Assembly (NCBI RefSeq): GCF_018350175.1
Contig: NC_058374.1
Span: 138,384,001-138,448,000 of the forward strand
Length of the DNA: 64,000 bases
Direction: 5' to 3'
From: Felis catus
Taxonomy: Eukaryota
The notes under the pieces were generated by a model, which had not been told where the DNA came from, did no database searches, and saw only the letters and a list, made by a program, of their open reading frames with translations. The first letter of the stretch is position 1. Every line of letters begins with the position of its first letter. Below are positions 61,100 to 64,000 of this stretch, piece by piece. The position numbers were made by a program, and so were the translations under genes.

Positions 61100-64000
61100 A
61101 TTAAAGTTTAAAAAAAAAAGTGTTTTGTTTTTTTGAGATGATGAGAGATCCACGTATAGTTGTAAGAAATAACACAGAGAGATCCCCAGGACTCTTGACC
61201 CGGTTTCCTCTTGCAAAACAATAGCGCACCATCACAATCAGGTTATCAGTCGGGGCATCGGCACTGATGTCGACAAGACCCAGAATGTTTTTCGTCACCC
61301 GGTGATCCCTCACACGGATACGGCCACATTGATCCCTCCTGCCCACCTCTTCCTTGTCTCTGGCAACCTGCTCTCCATTTGGATTACTCAGTCGTTTCAA
61401 GAGCGTTATACCATGAATCCTGTAGTACGTAACCTTTTGGGATTGGCTTTTTTTTCACTCGGCACGATTCTCCTGCAATTCATCCACGTCGTTGGGTGCC
61501 CCCCCTCTTTATTGCTCTGGAGCGTTCCACGGCACAGGTGGGCCACTGCTTGTGGGACCATTCGCCCGCGGAAGGACATCTGGGTAGTTCGCAGTTACGA
61601 GTTATTATGCGTAAAGCTGCTGTGGACGTTGGTGTCCAGGTCTTCGGGTTTTGTTTGGGATCGCTCTGTTGAGAGGCAGTTTGCGTACCAGACAGCATAC
61701 GGGTTTAAGTGCACAAAACAACTCCATGGGGTTTTTTTTACTATTATTATTATAGTTACAGGGTTGTACAGCCGTCACCACAATCTAATTTTAGAACATT
61801 TTCATCACCCCTGAGAGACACCACATCCCCATTCGCTGTTTCCTCCGCCCACGCCCCGGCCAGCCCTGGGCAACTCTGGATCCACGTTCTGTCTCTGTAC
61901 TGCGTATACTGGAATGGCATCCTCCACGCGGTCCTTCGCGACTGGCTTTTTTCAGGTAGCGTCATGCTTCCGGGGGCCATTCGTGCAATAGCATGCACCA
62001 GCCTTCATTTCTTTTTATTTGCCAGAAAATATTGTGTAGATACACCCTACACTGTGCTTAGTACATTTTATTGGTCCAGCACTCAGTGGGTGGACGTGCG
62101 GACAGCCTTCGCTTTTGGGCTCTGACGGATGATGCTGTTATGCACATTCGTGTACAAGTTTTTGTGAGGATGTTTTCACTTCCCTGGAGGTAGAATTGCC
62201 GTGTCACATGGTAGCCCTCCGTTTAACTTTCTCGAGGAACTGCCTGCCGGACCGTTTACCCCACGGCTACGTCATTTTGCAGTCTCACTGGCAATGTGTG
62301 AGAGTTCAAGTTTCTCTGTACCTTCACCAAGGCTTGTTGTCGTGCGTCTTGTTGACCAAAGCCATCCTAGCAGGTGTGGACAGCTCTCCGACCGTGATTT
62401 CGATTTGTGTTTCCCTACTGACTAATGACGTCGGGCATCTTTTCGTGGGCCTACTGGCCATTTGTACATCTCCTTTGGAGAAATGTCTATTTAAATCCCT
62501 TGCCCATCTTTAAGTGGGGATGTTTGTCTTTTTATTGAGTCGTAAGAGTTCTTTATATGCTCGGGATACAAGTGTCGTACCAGATACATGATTTACAAAT
62601 ATTTTCTCCCATTTGGTGAGCTGCCTTCACGTTCCTGATGGTGTGTTGATAGCACAAAAATTTCTAGTTTTGATATCAAACTCATTTTTTTTTCCTCGTC
62701 ACTTGTACCTTTGGTGTGTGTGTAAGTTGTTCGGTGAACGTAAATTTTCATTTCACTGGGGTTAAGTGCCCGGGAGGGCAACTCCTGGGTCATATGGTAG
62801 TTGTGTGTTTGGTTTTATAAGAGATTGGCCAACTCTTTTCCAAAGTGGCTCTACTGCTACACGTTCCCACCAGCAACATCTTTACCAGCATTTGGTGTGG
62901 GTGCTATTTTTTATTGTAGCCATTCTGATGGGTGTTCGGTGATATCTCACTGTGGTTTTCGTCGGCAAATCCCTAGTGGCTAATGATGTGAAGCATCTTT
63001 TCACGTGCACGGTTCGTCATCTGTATATCCTCTCTGGTAGAATGTCTCTTCCTGTCTTTACCCGTGTCCTAATTGGGTTTTTGGTTTTTTATTGTTCAGT
63101 TTTGAAATTTCTTTACGTACTCAAGGTACTTGTCCTTCGTCAGTTACGTGATTTGCAGATGTTTCCACCTAGAATGTACTTGTCTTCTAGTCTCTTCGTA
63201 GAGGCTTTTACAGACCAAACATTTTCCATTTTGATGAGGACCATTTTGTCAGTTTCTCTATTTGGTGATGCTTCCAGGATCCAGGCTAAGAACTTTTTAG
63301 TTAGCTGTAGATCCTGAAAATGTTTCTGCTATGTTTTTTCTAAAAGTTTTATGATTTTATATGCTACATTTATGTCCATGTACCACTTCGAGTTAATTCT
63401 TGTACAAGATGTGAGAGTTAGATTGAGGTTCTTTTTTTTTTTTTTTAATGGACGTCCATTTGCTCCAGCACGTTTGCTGAAAGATTGTCATTCCTCTACT
63501 GAATTGCTTTTCTTTTTTTGTCAAAAATCAATTGGGTGTATTTGTGTGGGTCTATTTCGGGGTCTTCTAATCTGTTCCTTTGGTCTGTGTGTCTATCCCT
63601 TCACCAATAACACGCTGTCTTGATTACTGACTAGGTGTTAATATTAAGTAGAGATTTTCCTTATACCTTATACTTCTTTTTCATAATTATCTTAGCCCTC
63701 CTAGGGCATATGCTTTTCCATATGAATTTAAGAGTAAACTCGTCTATGCCTACAAAATATCTTGCTGGGACTTTAATAGAATTTTACTAAACTCATATTT
63801 GGGGAGAATTAACATCTTTATTGTGTTGTCTCCCATCCCATGAATATGGTGTGTTTCTTCTTTACTTAGGTCTCCTTGATGTTCTTCATCAGCACCTTGA
63901 CATATTCAGTATACACATCCTGTATATGTTTTGCTAAGCTTATCCCTACGTGTTTTATTTTCTTTGGAGGGGCATTGTTTTTAATTTTCCTTTCTGCATA
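61100..64000 (-). mobile_element. Stack of antisense ancient L1M fragments (3'UTR and ORF2)
   Basis: ttttagaacattttcatcaccc, tttggagaaatgtctatttaaatcccttgcccat, tttgtcaaaaatcaattggg, gtcttgattactg; no intact ORF. Confidence 0.85.

Larger units (their letters stand above)
43203..64000 (+). other. PPARA: PPARA intron within the 5'UTR (coding exons lie beyond the window)
   Basis: Follows the 43203 donor; repeat-rich; no MVDTES... coding exon in any frame. Confidence 0.7.

Overview
This is mammalian, not microbial, DNA. Felid-type Can-SINEs (SINEC_Fc-like) point to a cat-family genome, and there are two scaffold gaps (50730-51109, 58028-58160). The window looks syntenic to human 22q13.31. The GC/CpG-rich left part holds the 3' portion of the let-7a-3/let-7b host transcript (MIRLET7BHG-like): pre-let-7a-3 at 12250-12322, a miR-4763-like hairpin, pre-let-7b at 13153-13236 and a poly(A) signal at 13353. 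About 28 kb of intergenic DNA follows, then the PPARA CpG-island promoter with its HNF4/PPAR DR1 element, two non-coding 5'UTR exons (ending at 42058 and 43202) and a repeat-rich intron. I can support no protein-coding exon: the PPARA ATG lies beyond the window, and the long ORFs are GC-content artefacts or decayed L1. I found no evidence of a new multi-gene system. The best leads are cis-elements: an inverted pair of YY1 sites in the let-7 host gene, a LIN28-motif-free let-7a-3 loop, two compact hepatic/circadian motif clusters in the PPARA intron, a rare (TC)18(GC)10 tract and an AT-only palindrome in a SINE tail. Orthologue and repeat-family comparisons are from memory of human/mouse sequences and consensus repeats, not from database searches.
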